Positions 53,418 through 64,000 of a stretch of DNA of 64,000 bases are shown here, in pieces (position 1 is the first letter of the stretch; every line of letters starts with the position of its first letter). Below the pieces are notes generated by a model. That model was not told the DNA's origin. It searched no databases and worked only from the letters and a program-made list of their open reading frames with translations. This DNA is from Octopus vulgaris. Taxonomy: Eukaryota. Location: NCBI GenBank assembly GCA_951406725.2, contig OX597814.1, forward strand, positions 161,262,001 to 161,326,000. The letters run 5' to 3'. Both the position numbers and the translations under genes were made by a program.

Positions 53418-53790
53418 AGATGAGGAATTATGTACATTATATACATTATTTACATTCGACAATATTTGTCCTCATCTTGTTTGTTGTTAACACAACGTTT
53501 CGCAAAGCTGTGACACGAGGAGATATTGATAAATCGGGTATAGCTGATCATGTATGGAAAATGGAGACCACCTCCCCCTGTGGGATGAAGTTAAAATAAT
53601 AGACAGAGAACACCACTGGAAAATACAAAAACTAAAAGAAGCAGCACCTATGCTAGGACAATAACAATCTCCTAAGCAGACCAAGTGCAGATATAAGCAG
53701 CATATGGAAACCGATATTAAAGAAGGATAGAAAAATATTAGATTTATAAGCCCTAAAATTCACTCCATAATTGCCCATGGGCATATGGTG
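53418..53790 (+). mobile_element. Penelope-like element relic (GIY-YIG C-terminal part) with inverted terminal piece
   Basis: From 53501: RKAVTRGDIDKSGIADHVW-(frameshift)-DHLPLWDEVKIIDREHHWKIQKLKEAA, typical of the PLE endonuclease C-terminus. 53418-53502 reads CGAAACGTTG... on the minus strand, like a PLE terminal repeat. Confidence 0.7.
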
Positions 53791-53906
53791 TAGTGGTTAA
53801 GAGTGTGGGCTACTAACCCCAAGATTCTGAGTTCAGTGACCTGAACACTAATAATAATAATAATAATAATCTTTTCTACTCTAGGCACAAGGCCTGAAAT
53901 TTTGTG

Positions 53907-54006
53907 NNNNNNNNNNNNNNNNNNNNNNNNNNNNNNNNNNNNNNNNNNNNNNNNNNNNNNNNNNNNNNNNNNNNNNNNNNNNNNNNNNNNNNNNNNNNNN
54001 NNNNNN
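53907..54006. other. Assembly gap (100 N)
   Basis: Run of exactly 100 N beginning inside a family-A SINE tail. Confidence 1.
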
Positions 54007-55983
54007 TATCAAGTGTCCTTTGAATTATTTTAACTATGTGTTGGAAAATATTAGTATAATTTAATATTATCAAAAATCAAAATAACATTAATGAGAGTAT
54101 ACATTTGTGAACACATACATGCAAATAAGCATGTGCGTGCTTGAGATTTTTTTCTCATGTTATTTTACTTGTGGTAGAGGGTCACTCCCTCCTAAGACAT
54201 AGTTGATTATATTAACACCACTGCTTAGTTAATCAACCTTGGTAAAATGAAAAGTTAAATTGGGGCTGATGTGTTTAGAGCTCATACAAAAGTATATAAC
54301 TAACTCCTTACAAGATATTTATCTAATGTTATTTGGATTTTGAAATCTATCCGCCCCCTCTCTTCCTCGCACTGTCTTTCATATAAACACATGCAAACAC
54401 ACACACACGCACTATCCAGGATGGTAACTAAATACTTAAATTCATACCATCTATCTAATGGTACATTTTCCATTAAATGAGTGTAGCATGCATTGTAAAT
54501 TGTTGTTATGGATAGCATGCTAGTCTATCAGACAAAATGACTATGCTAGTAATTTAGTACCTATTCCCAACAGTTAGCTAAACTAATATTTGTGTAATTA
54601 TGTTTATTTCTCAAATAGACATAAAAACATAATCAAATTTGGAGTGGTTTTGTGTTGCTAGTCAAATATTTTAATCACTTGAACAATTTTTTTCTCTCAT
54701 CTCTTTCTCCATTTCCTCTCTTTACTACTCAAATGCGTATGTTTATCTGGGAAATTAAGCTTGTTTCTAAATGAATTTGCCAGATGGAAACTGTGTGGAA
54801 GCCTTAACTTTGTGTATATATATATATGTGTGTATGTATGTTTATGTACCTATGTATTTGTGAGTGTGTTTGTGGATGCTGATGTAATTTGGTGAATCAA
54901 TTGTGTTGTGTTCCTTCCTGCTCAAAAAGTTAAATTATAAAAACGAGACTGAAACGAAAGCTCTGAAAATCAGTGCTTCAGCATAGCTAAATTGCCATAA
55001 ATGCAACCAGCAAAAGTGTAGACTATTATGTCATTGTCATAATGCTTGTGAAGCAGCATTTTTGGAGATTAGCTTAGTTCTGCTGTTTCCTGATTCTTCT
55101 GCTGAATTGTGTTAAGCACAGTCACAGATGTACCACATATCTTGTTATTGTGTGACATTATTACATCATTGTTTTCAAAGTTAATAATATTTCAGAGTGA
55201 TGCTCCTCACATTTTCAAAGGGAGGGAAATATAAGTTGTGGTTATTTTTTTTTTATGCTTTTATTTCCAACCTTGAATTGAAAGCAGGCCACAGGTTCGG
55301 TCACTGGCATCTTTACCTTGCACTATGACCCTTACCTTTTAATTAGAGAGCAGTTGCATTAATATCCAGTTATGATGTGGCTGCTTTTATCTTCTTGTAG
55401 ACATGCTCGCTATTGCTTAGAATTCTTCTTTTGTCACCTTTATAATGGTCTGAGAAAACTGTGTCATTTTAATTTTGTAGATGTGATCACATTTATTCAT
55501 GAACATTAGGTATATTTAATACTATACCAACACATACATAAATTTATATTTATATTCATGAAAAATGCTGTGTTGTGCTTCTTATAATATAATTATGTGT
55601 GTGTATGTGTGTGTGTGTGTGTGTATGTGTGTGTGTGTATGTGTGTTCAGTCTGACCCATGCACGGCATGGAAACGTGAATGTTATGATGTTGATCATAC
55701 ACACACACACACACACACGTGCACAAACAAACATATATATGTATTTGCATATAAATGTAGCCTTTCTGCTATAGGCACAAGGCCAGAAATTTTAAGGGAG
55801 GCGGATAGTTGATTACATTGACCCCAATGTTCAACCAGTACTTATTTTATTGACCCCAAAAGGATGAAAGGCAAAGTTGACCTCAGCAGAATTTGTCTGG
55901 CATGCTAACGATTCTGCCAGCTCTGTGCCTTATGTTCACATATATATGTATACCTGTATCTACATATGCATTTATATATGTGA

Positions 55984-56314
55984 AGGCGCATGGCTCAGTG
56001 GTTAAAGTGTTGAGTTTATGATCATGAGGTTGTGAGTTCGAATCCCGGACCGGGCTGCGTGTTGTGTTCTTGAGCAAGACACTTTATTTCACATTGCTCC
56101 AGTCAACTGAGCTGTAGAAATGAGTTGCGACATCACAGGTACCAAGCTGTATTGGCCGTTGCCTTTCCTTTGGATAACTCTGGTGGCGTGGAGAGGGGAG
56201 GCTGGTATGCATGGGCGACTGCCGGTCTTCCATAAACAACCTTGCTCGGACTTGTGCTTGGGAGGGTAACTTTCTAGGTGCAATCCCACGGTCAGTCATG
56301 ACCGAAGGGGTCTC
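55984..56314 (+). mobile_element. tRNA-derived SINE, family D, young copy
   Basis: A-box TGGCTCAGTGG and B-box GAGTTCGAATCC, with CpGs retained. Confidence 0.9.
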
Positions 56315-56713
56315 AATATATATAAATGCATATATTTTGATGCTAGGGAGGCTATGTATCTCCACTTCAGCAGGATGCTTGTACCTACCCCCTTTTACCT
56401 CTTTCTATACAATACTCCACTCCACTTAGTTGAAGGGTCTTACCTTGCAAGTACTTGGTGACCTCACTAGTGCTGGTAATAGAAAAAATGCACCAAGTTC
56501 ACTCTGTAAAGTAGTTGGCATTAAGAAAGCATCCAGTTGTAGAAACTATGCCAAAGCAAACATTGTAGCTCAGCATAGTCTTTTGGTTTGTTGGTTCCTG
56601 TTAAACCTTCCAACCCATTCCATCATCAAAATCTGATGTTAAACAATGATGATTATGATGATGGTATCCACACATTCAAGTGTATATACATGCATGCGTA
56701 TATATGATATATG

Positions 56714-56774
<61 letters not shown>

Positions 56775-56823
56775 CATATACGTATTTATGTGTTTTAAGC
56801 CATGCCAGCATGAAAGACATATA

Positions 56824-56860
<37 letters not shown>

Positions 56861-58782
56861 GCTGATATTACTACTATTTCGCCCCCCCCCCCCAAAAAAA
56901 AAACACCACCACATGACCAAACATTTTTCCATGGATGACTCGAAATGAAACTATAATGGGAACACACATTTACCACTACTTTGCAATGTGAAAACAAGGA
57001 CACACACACACTTAAAATGGGCTTCTTTCAGTTTCTGTCCACCAAATCCCCTCACAGAACTTTGGTTGACCTGAGGCTTTAGCAGCAAATACTTGCCCTA
57101 GATACCATGCAGTGAGATTGAACCTAAAGCAAACTTCTGATCCACACAGCTATGTCTGTGCACCTAATACATAAAAATCATCATCATTTTGCATCTCTTT
57201 TTTCATGCTTGTATAGGTTGGATGAATCTCATTGCATCTCACTTCTTGTTATTGTTTTCCCTAATCTGGCACATACATACTTCAAGAAAGAATATCACTA
57301 ATCTTTGTTCTTCGTATTTCAGTTTTTTGCTTGTCTTGAGCTGGCTTTTATGAATAGATACCCCATCTTATCACCACTTTACAGTCAGGTCTTAATGTAT
57401 TTTATCTTGCCACCGAAAATAGAGTTGTGGTCTGCAGCAGTTTTTCTTTATTCAGTGTTACTGCACTGTTAGATGGGTTGCGTATCTTGTGACTTGCATA
57501 GTCCTATTCTCCTCTGTTGGTTTGTTTTCATTTTTTCTTGGCATGTTTTTATTGCTGGATGTCCTTCATATTGTCAACCACTTAATAGTGTGCACTGTAT
57601 AAATTTCTCCCTACTTTGTACCACTGATCTATACTATCTGTAAACTACTTAATTATTTGAATTTTTTGTTGTTAAGCTTTCAAACTATCCCACTACTACC
57701 ACTGTTAGAAAAAATCTATCATAGTCTTCCACAGTTATGGAAAAAAAAAAGAAGGCACAGTTAAAAGTAAAAAAAAAAATTAAGCTTTCAAACTTAGAGA
57801 CCTTCAGAAAGACAAATCTACTGTGATGATGAATATATTTTGAAATGTGTCTCAATGATTGGAAACTATCTTGTTAGAATCTTCATAATTATAAATATTC
57901 CATATGCAGGATGAGATACAGTTGAGCTAATGTTGTATATTGAATAAGTTTAGAGAGATGTAAAGACAGTAGGTAGCAGGTTAACTGGAAGTTTTTGCTG
58001 CTGATTTCCAGTTGAGAGTGTGGAACCAGGCACAGTGCTACTTTTTAGAAAGTAGTTACAATATAAAGTATAGTTTGGACAGCAGAAATGGGCTGGAGAC
58101 AGAGGAGGAGAAATTCATGATTCAGGGTTGAGTAAGATGTGTGGTTTGCATGTTAGTAGGAAATACAAGATTGATTAATGTTTGATCAACACAAGTCTAT
58201 GGATATTGGTGTTGTGTTACAGCTCATAATTGGCTATTCTTTCTCTCTGTATTTTTACTGTATTTTTGTTTTTCATGTAAAATATTCTATTTATGATTAT
58301 TATATTGTATACAATAAGTATGATATTAAGTTTTGCAACAGTGTTGCTGGAATTGATTTATAAGAAATGTTACATTAGAGAAGCATATGCCATGATCAAA
58401 TACCAATTGTAAGCAGTAAGCATTGAATGTATTTTTGTTAGTTTTGATGATGAAAATTTAGTTTTCTGATCGAATTACTTGCTCATTGTATTAACATGTT
58501 AGTTGCTGAGCATTCCACAAACATATGTACCTTTAATATAACCCTCAAGTGGAATCAACATGACACAGTGTGTGAGAAGGCTATACCTTTGAATTATAAG
58601 TCCAATCCACCTGATGGGCTTTTATATGCTTCTGTCTACTCAATTTCAATCACAAGGTATAGGTTGATCTGGCACTATAGAAAAGGGCATTTGCCTAAGA
58701 TGCCATGCAAGGGGTGAAAACCAGGATCTCATGGTTGTGAAGTGAACTCCCTAAACATTTAGCAATACCATAAACACACACA

Positions 58783-58985
58783 TGCATGCACACTCACACA
58801 TGCACACATGCTCACACATGTATGCATGCTCACACATGCATGCATGCTCACACATGCGCACACTCATACATACATGCATGCTCACACTTGTATGCATGCT
58901 CACAAATGCATGCATGCTCACACATGCATGCATGCTCACACATGCAAACATGCTCACACATGCATTCATGCGCACATACACACAC
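58783..58985. repeat. 18-bp minisatellite (CATGCTCACACATGCATG)n
   Basis: About nine imperfect units embedded in (CA)n sequence. Confidence 0.85.
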
Positions 58986-59170
58986 ACATACACAGATATA
59001 CACACATGAATGCAAAGTTAATAGATTTTCATAGTTTCAGTGATGAATATTTAGCTGTTTAATCTTTGCTCAACCAAACTCAATCTTCAGTGTGTATACC
59101 AACTGACTTCTTGCTTCTTTCCACCTCAAGGTATATATATATATATGTATATGTATATATATATATATGT

Positions 59171-59330
59171 AGGCGCGGGCATGGCTGTGTGGTTAGGGAG
59201 CTTGCTTCCTAGCTACATGGTTTCGGGTTCAGTCCCCCTGCGTGGCACTTTGGGTGGGTGTCTTCTACTATAGCCCCGAGCCAACCGAAGCTTTGTGATT
59301 GAATTCGGTAGGTGGAAGTTACTGCCGTGT
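59171..59330 (+). mobile_element. Family-B SINE 5' part
   Basis: GGCGCGGGCATGGCTGTGTGGTTAG...GGGTTCAGTCCC. Confidence 0.8.
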
Positions 59331-59781
59331 GTGTATGTGTGTGTATAGCTGCTCAGTGCCTCTCCGAAAGAGAGAGAGAGAGGGATATGTATGTATGTAT
59401 ATATATAGGAGTGGTGACTAAGAAGGACACCAACAACAACAGCAAGAACAGAGATTTATTCAGGGTAGGCAGTCAGCATTAATAAAGTAAATTGTGAATA
59501 AATTAAATTATGTAAAAATATTTTGACAGCAGGAAACATTTACTCTCTCTCTCTCTCACCCACACACACACATAGACTCACAGATACACACAGACACAGA
59601 CACAGACATGTCTATAGGGATAAAAATAGTTAAGCAGGTTGTACCTATATATACTTTAAAATAACACACACACACACATATACACATTTTTGGATTTTTA
59701 TTTTATAATTATACTCTCTCTCTCTCTCTCTCACACACATACACACACACACACACGTTCCTAATCACTGTTTCATACAAG

Positions 59782-59995
59782 GTAAGGAGTGAGCTGGAAA
59801 AATTGGTAGTGTTAGAAAAAATACTTTGTAGTATTTGTTCTAGCACTTTACATTCTGTGTTCAAATCCCACCAAGGTCAACTTTGCTTTTCATCCTTTCA
59901 GAGTTGATAAGATAAAATACCATTCAAGTACAGGGGTTGATGGTATCAAGTAAGCTTTTCTCCTCAAAGCTGCTGGCCTTGTTTTGCTGGCCTAA
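59782..59995 (+). mobile_element. Family-A SINE, degraded
   Basis: GTGAGCTGG head and GTTCAAATCC...CTTTGCTTTTCATCCTTTC core. Confidence 0.7.
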
Positions 59996-62214
59996 ATCAG
60001 TAACCATTATTACTGTTTATACATTCATATGGAATAAAATGTCTTTCAAGACATGCTCAATTACCAAAGACAAACTCACATATACACTGTATCACACATA
60101 TCATTCCTCACTCTAATATTACACTGATCTGTAAGCAGATATTATCTTGCTTCTTTATTCTTTTTATTTCATTCTAGAGCCAAACTTATGGTATTTAGAT
60201 CTAATAGGGTTGTGCATAGTTGAAAGACTGCAGCTATTCTACCTAACAGGAAAATAATGGCAATTTACTGAATATACACTGAATTCCATTTATTAAATTA
60301 CTTTTTTTTTATAATGGATTGAAAATAATTTACTTTTTCATATTTAATAATTAATATATTTTAGCCTGGGTAGGCACCACCTACCTTGCCTACTGAGTTG
60401 GCACATCTCTGACATTAGATCTGTAAAACATTAACATAAAATGTCTTGATACATATATTTTGTGGTACAAGAAAAAGTAAGTAATCTAATTGTAAACTGT
60501 GTTCAAGGAAGATAGACATTGGCTTTTATCAACCCTTTGAAATTAGACATTAATTCTTAAAAAAGTTAATTACACATGGCAAACTTAAACAAGTGCATGT
60601 TAACAGAATGGTTAAAGTATTGAACTTGGTCCAGTCTATATTCTACATTGTCCTGTACTTTTTTTTCTTCAGCCCTGTATTAATCCCACTTCAAAGTTCA
60701 TTAGTTGGAAGCTAATCTTAACAAGATCATTAGTTACAAAAGAATAGATGTAAATATTAATACTTTCCTAATTGATATGAACTTGGTATCTGTAGTGGCA
60801 TCTACTTCTGTTAAATATTCTTTTTCAGTTTTATATTCGTTTGTGCAAGTTTAAATCTTTAAGTTTCACTTTCCTAACAATTTCATCTGTTCAAAAATGT
60901 TTACAATTGTGTTATAGAATGCATGTTTCTATTTCTTTAGACTAGAATTCATATGGTTTCATGTAATAAAAAAACCCCCACAAAAAACACCTAATTGAAA
61001 TATTATTTGTTATTTCTTATTTTTTAATGGAGTTTCATCAACAAACTACTCTTGTTTTTATGAAACTTATGTAATAGTAATAGATTTTTACTTGTCTTTT
61101 TTTTTAACCTTAATAACAAAAGTGAGTTAATAAACTTTACATATATCAAATACAGCAAAAGTGCTATAAAGCTGCCAAAGATATATTTTCTTACCCCAAA
61201 GATAATAGAGCCTTTCTGTAACTTGTTTATCCACTTCTTACTGATGAACAATCTTCTCTTATACTTATCTATAAAATGATTGTTCTCGGGGATCTAAAAC
61301 ATTTCTGATTGGTAGTGTTTTGATATTTTGTTTATGTAATTTGTTTTGGAAATTTTTTTATCTGAAATTGCGTGCTGAAATGTGTTGTATCTTAGGAAGA
61401 ATTATTTGCTATCACCAATGACATTTCTAAGTTATTTCTGTTATTTAGACTCCCAGACAAACATCTAAGTTAAACAATAAAGATGTAGTATATACTCACA
61501 CTTATAAAAACAAACACCTGTCCCAATAGTTATAGTGCAAAGGTATCTTTGTGTGCATCCTCTTCTTTAAAAATAGTGCTAATAATCTCTAATATTGGCA
61601 TAATGCTTCGATTTTGGAAAAGGCATAAACTACGTTAACTCCAGTAGCTTACTGGTACTTGAAAGGATGAAAAGCAAAGTTGACAGTAAATCAGTTAATT
61701 TATTCAGATTCATCTTTGTTTTCTGAAAATTCCTTTTTGGTTTTTGTTCCTTGTAAGCAACTGTTAATTTTTTAAACCCAGGCCATATTGTCAATTTATG
61801 ATAAGCCAACAGAAATCAGCACATCTTTCATATCATGTATAATCACTAGCTGTTTAACTTACAGCATTGGTTATATACCAATGAATAACAACACCTAGCA
61901 GGTGAAATCATCTAGTCAGTCTTCTTTGCAGAAAGGTATTACTTTCCATTGTTGGTCTAGTAGTACTTCTATTAAAAGCCACACTAAGTTGATGTATTGG
62001 TGCAAGAGTACAGTTCTGTTTGGGAACTGTGATAAACTTGTGAGTATACAGTATTGGATTATGAAGCAAATTAAAATGTTCAGAGAAATGTGGCTTTGTT
62101 AATAACTTATTCTCGGCCAATTTGTGATAAAATCAAATAATTTGTTCCTTTATGGGACTCATTCACATTCTCCCTGTGAAGCTTCTAAGGTAATTAAATT
62201 CATTAATGATTATA

Positions 62215-63406
62215 TTGGGTCATCCTATAAATAATGTGTTTTTTTTAATACTTCTTTTATTTTTCAAAATTAAGATAAAAAAGTTCTTTATATAATCTAA
62301 AATATACTCTCCTTCATTTTCTACAATGCTCTTCCATCTATCTTCCAAAATTCACTTGTCCATAATGAAAAATACTCCTACAGTACTGTTCTTACCTCAT
62401 CTACAGAATTCATATATTTTTGCCCAAATGATTTTGAAGAATGTGGAATAAATGATAATCAGATGGGGCAATGTCATCCTTCCTGTATGTGGCCAAGTAT
62501 TATCCTGATGGAAAAACACCTTTCGTCTTGAAAGATAGTCGTTTTTGTTCTAGTGCTGACTTAAGGTGATCAAGCTGCTTGCAGTAGATCTCTTTTGTTA
62601 TTGTGTGGTTTAGGTTTAAAAGTTCAAAGTGGACTAAACCTTTCATATCCCAACAAACATATAACAACACCTTATGTGAAAGAAAATCTTCTTTAGCCTG
62701 GGGTGCTGGTGTTTCTCCTTTTCCTACCCATTATCTTCAACACTTGACATCTTTATAGAGAACCCATTTCTCGTCACCAGTCACTATTCGGTCCAAAAAA
62801 AGTTCATTCGTGAGACATGACAGCAAAGAAGAGCACACATTTACTCACTGTGTGCAATTAAGCTTGGAAAGTTTGTGAGGAACCCATTGACCCAATTTTC
62901 TGACTTTTCCGATGGCATGCAGTTGTCGATGAATGGTTGAATGACCAAATTCGATTGTCTCTGCTAGTTCCTCAACAGTTACAATGGGATTTTGTTTCAC
63001 CAGGGTTTGCAGGATGTCCTCGTCAAGCTCTACATATCTTCTAGGAAGAGGCTTGTCTTCTTGGCTGTAGTTTTTGGTTTCTAATTTCTGGAACCACAAT
63101 TGACACTGGCTTATGCTTATTGTCCAATCCTCATATACTGCATTAATATTCCTCGCACTTTCCATTGCATTGTTGCCTTTATTAAACTCATAAAGCAAAA
63201 TATGCCAAATATGCTCCTTTGTCACTTCCATTACAGCTTTGAAAAAATAACTGCTAAAATCAAACTGTACTCTTCAAAACTTGCACAGAATAAATACAAG
63301 GTAAAATTACTACCTGCTTTTATAGCAAGTTGATGCAGGTAGTTTATCCCATCCGACTTTTAGTTCATGCAATTGAAAAAACTGCATTAATTATGGGATG
63401 ACCCAG
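62215..63406 (-). mobile_element. Mariner transposon, second copy of the 33037 family, inactivated
   Basis: TA TSDs (62213-14, 63407-08) and the same TIRs. The N-terminal ORF 62845-63231 (HTH to WVPHKL) is open; the catalytic domain has stops and deletions. Confidence 0.95.
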
Positions 63407-63748
63407 TAGCTATTAGGATATAAAGGAAAGCTTAATTCCCCACTCCCCCCAAAAATGCCAATATCATTGAGGCACTTTTTTTATTGTCGTATCAGTTTCA
63501 GTCATTAGACTGTCACCATGCTGAAATACTGCCCTCAAGAGAAATAAGTCCTGATTGATGCCATTACTTATTTTAGTTTGGAACTTATTCTATCAGTCTA
63601 TAATTAATCTAGTGGCCAAGGTACCTTTATGACATACCAGTTTTAAGTGATAGTGTTATATCAAACCTATAAACAACAAACATGGACACATGCACACATA
63701 CATGCACATACATTATACACATCCAAACACATCCACAAACACACTATA

Positions 63749-64000
63749 TCAGGTTGAATAAAAAGTAAGCAACGTTTTGAAATATGAAGAATTTGTACTG
63801 GATTTTTGCAGTGCTTTGAAAAAAAAAAAAAATTTTCATTACAGTTGTCTAATGCCCAAATGCATCAATAAATTAACATTGATATTTTTCTCACTGTTAT
63901 TACAATCCACCTGAAATGGAACTGTCAAATCGTGATATTTGAGCAATATTGCTATTCAACTTCAAAAGAGGAAGTAAAGCAGTTGAAATTGCTTGTGACA
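63749..64000 (+). mobile_element. Third mariner of a different family, 5' end cut by the window edge
   Basis: TA then TCAGGTTGAATAAAAAGTAAGCAACGTTTT (Hsmar1-like TIR as recalled). ATG 63916 gives MELSNRDI*AILLFNFKRGSKAVEIACD, a mariner N-terminal HTH with a probable CGA to TGA stop. Confidence 0.75.

Noticed and set aside
53780-53850. tRNA-like sequence GGTGTAGTGGTTAAGAG
   Set aside because: No complete cloverleaf; truncated SINE head ending in an (AAT)n tail.
58783-58985. CRISPR-like regular repeat
   Set aside because: No unique spacers and no cas genes; eukaryotic context.
61864-62045. Possible exon ending at CTT|GTGAGT (62040)
   Set aside because: The phase-2 frame from the best acceptor (61931) hits a stop and no supervillin similarity is evident; it cannot be excluded as an alternative first exon.

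Overview
AT-rich, CpG-depleted, repeat-dense animal DNA; the SINE/LINE families look like those of Octopus (recognised from memory, not searched). The window is part of one large + strand gene, most likely supervillin. It has a start-codon exon (CDS 9255-9412) that joins in frame to a 2430-nt phase 2-2 exon (14314-16743) carrying the supervillin motif ESRAERIARYKQIRRNELA. No further coding exon is recognisable in the remaining ~47 kb, which includes a 100-N gap. The introns hold RTE, CR1/Jockey-like, possible R4/Dong and Penelope relics, many tRNA-derived SINEs, a tRNA-Glu(CTC) pseudogene and three decayed mariner transposons. No new multi-gene system is supported. The best leads are a CpG-retaining intronic island (possible internal promoter), a SINE dimer inside one 20-bp target-site duplication, several hairpins and inverted repeats (miRNA or ADAR candidates), and tandem in-frame acceptors plus SxIP motifs in the giant exon. 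Repeat boundaries are approximate unless TSDs or TIRs are cited.
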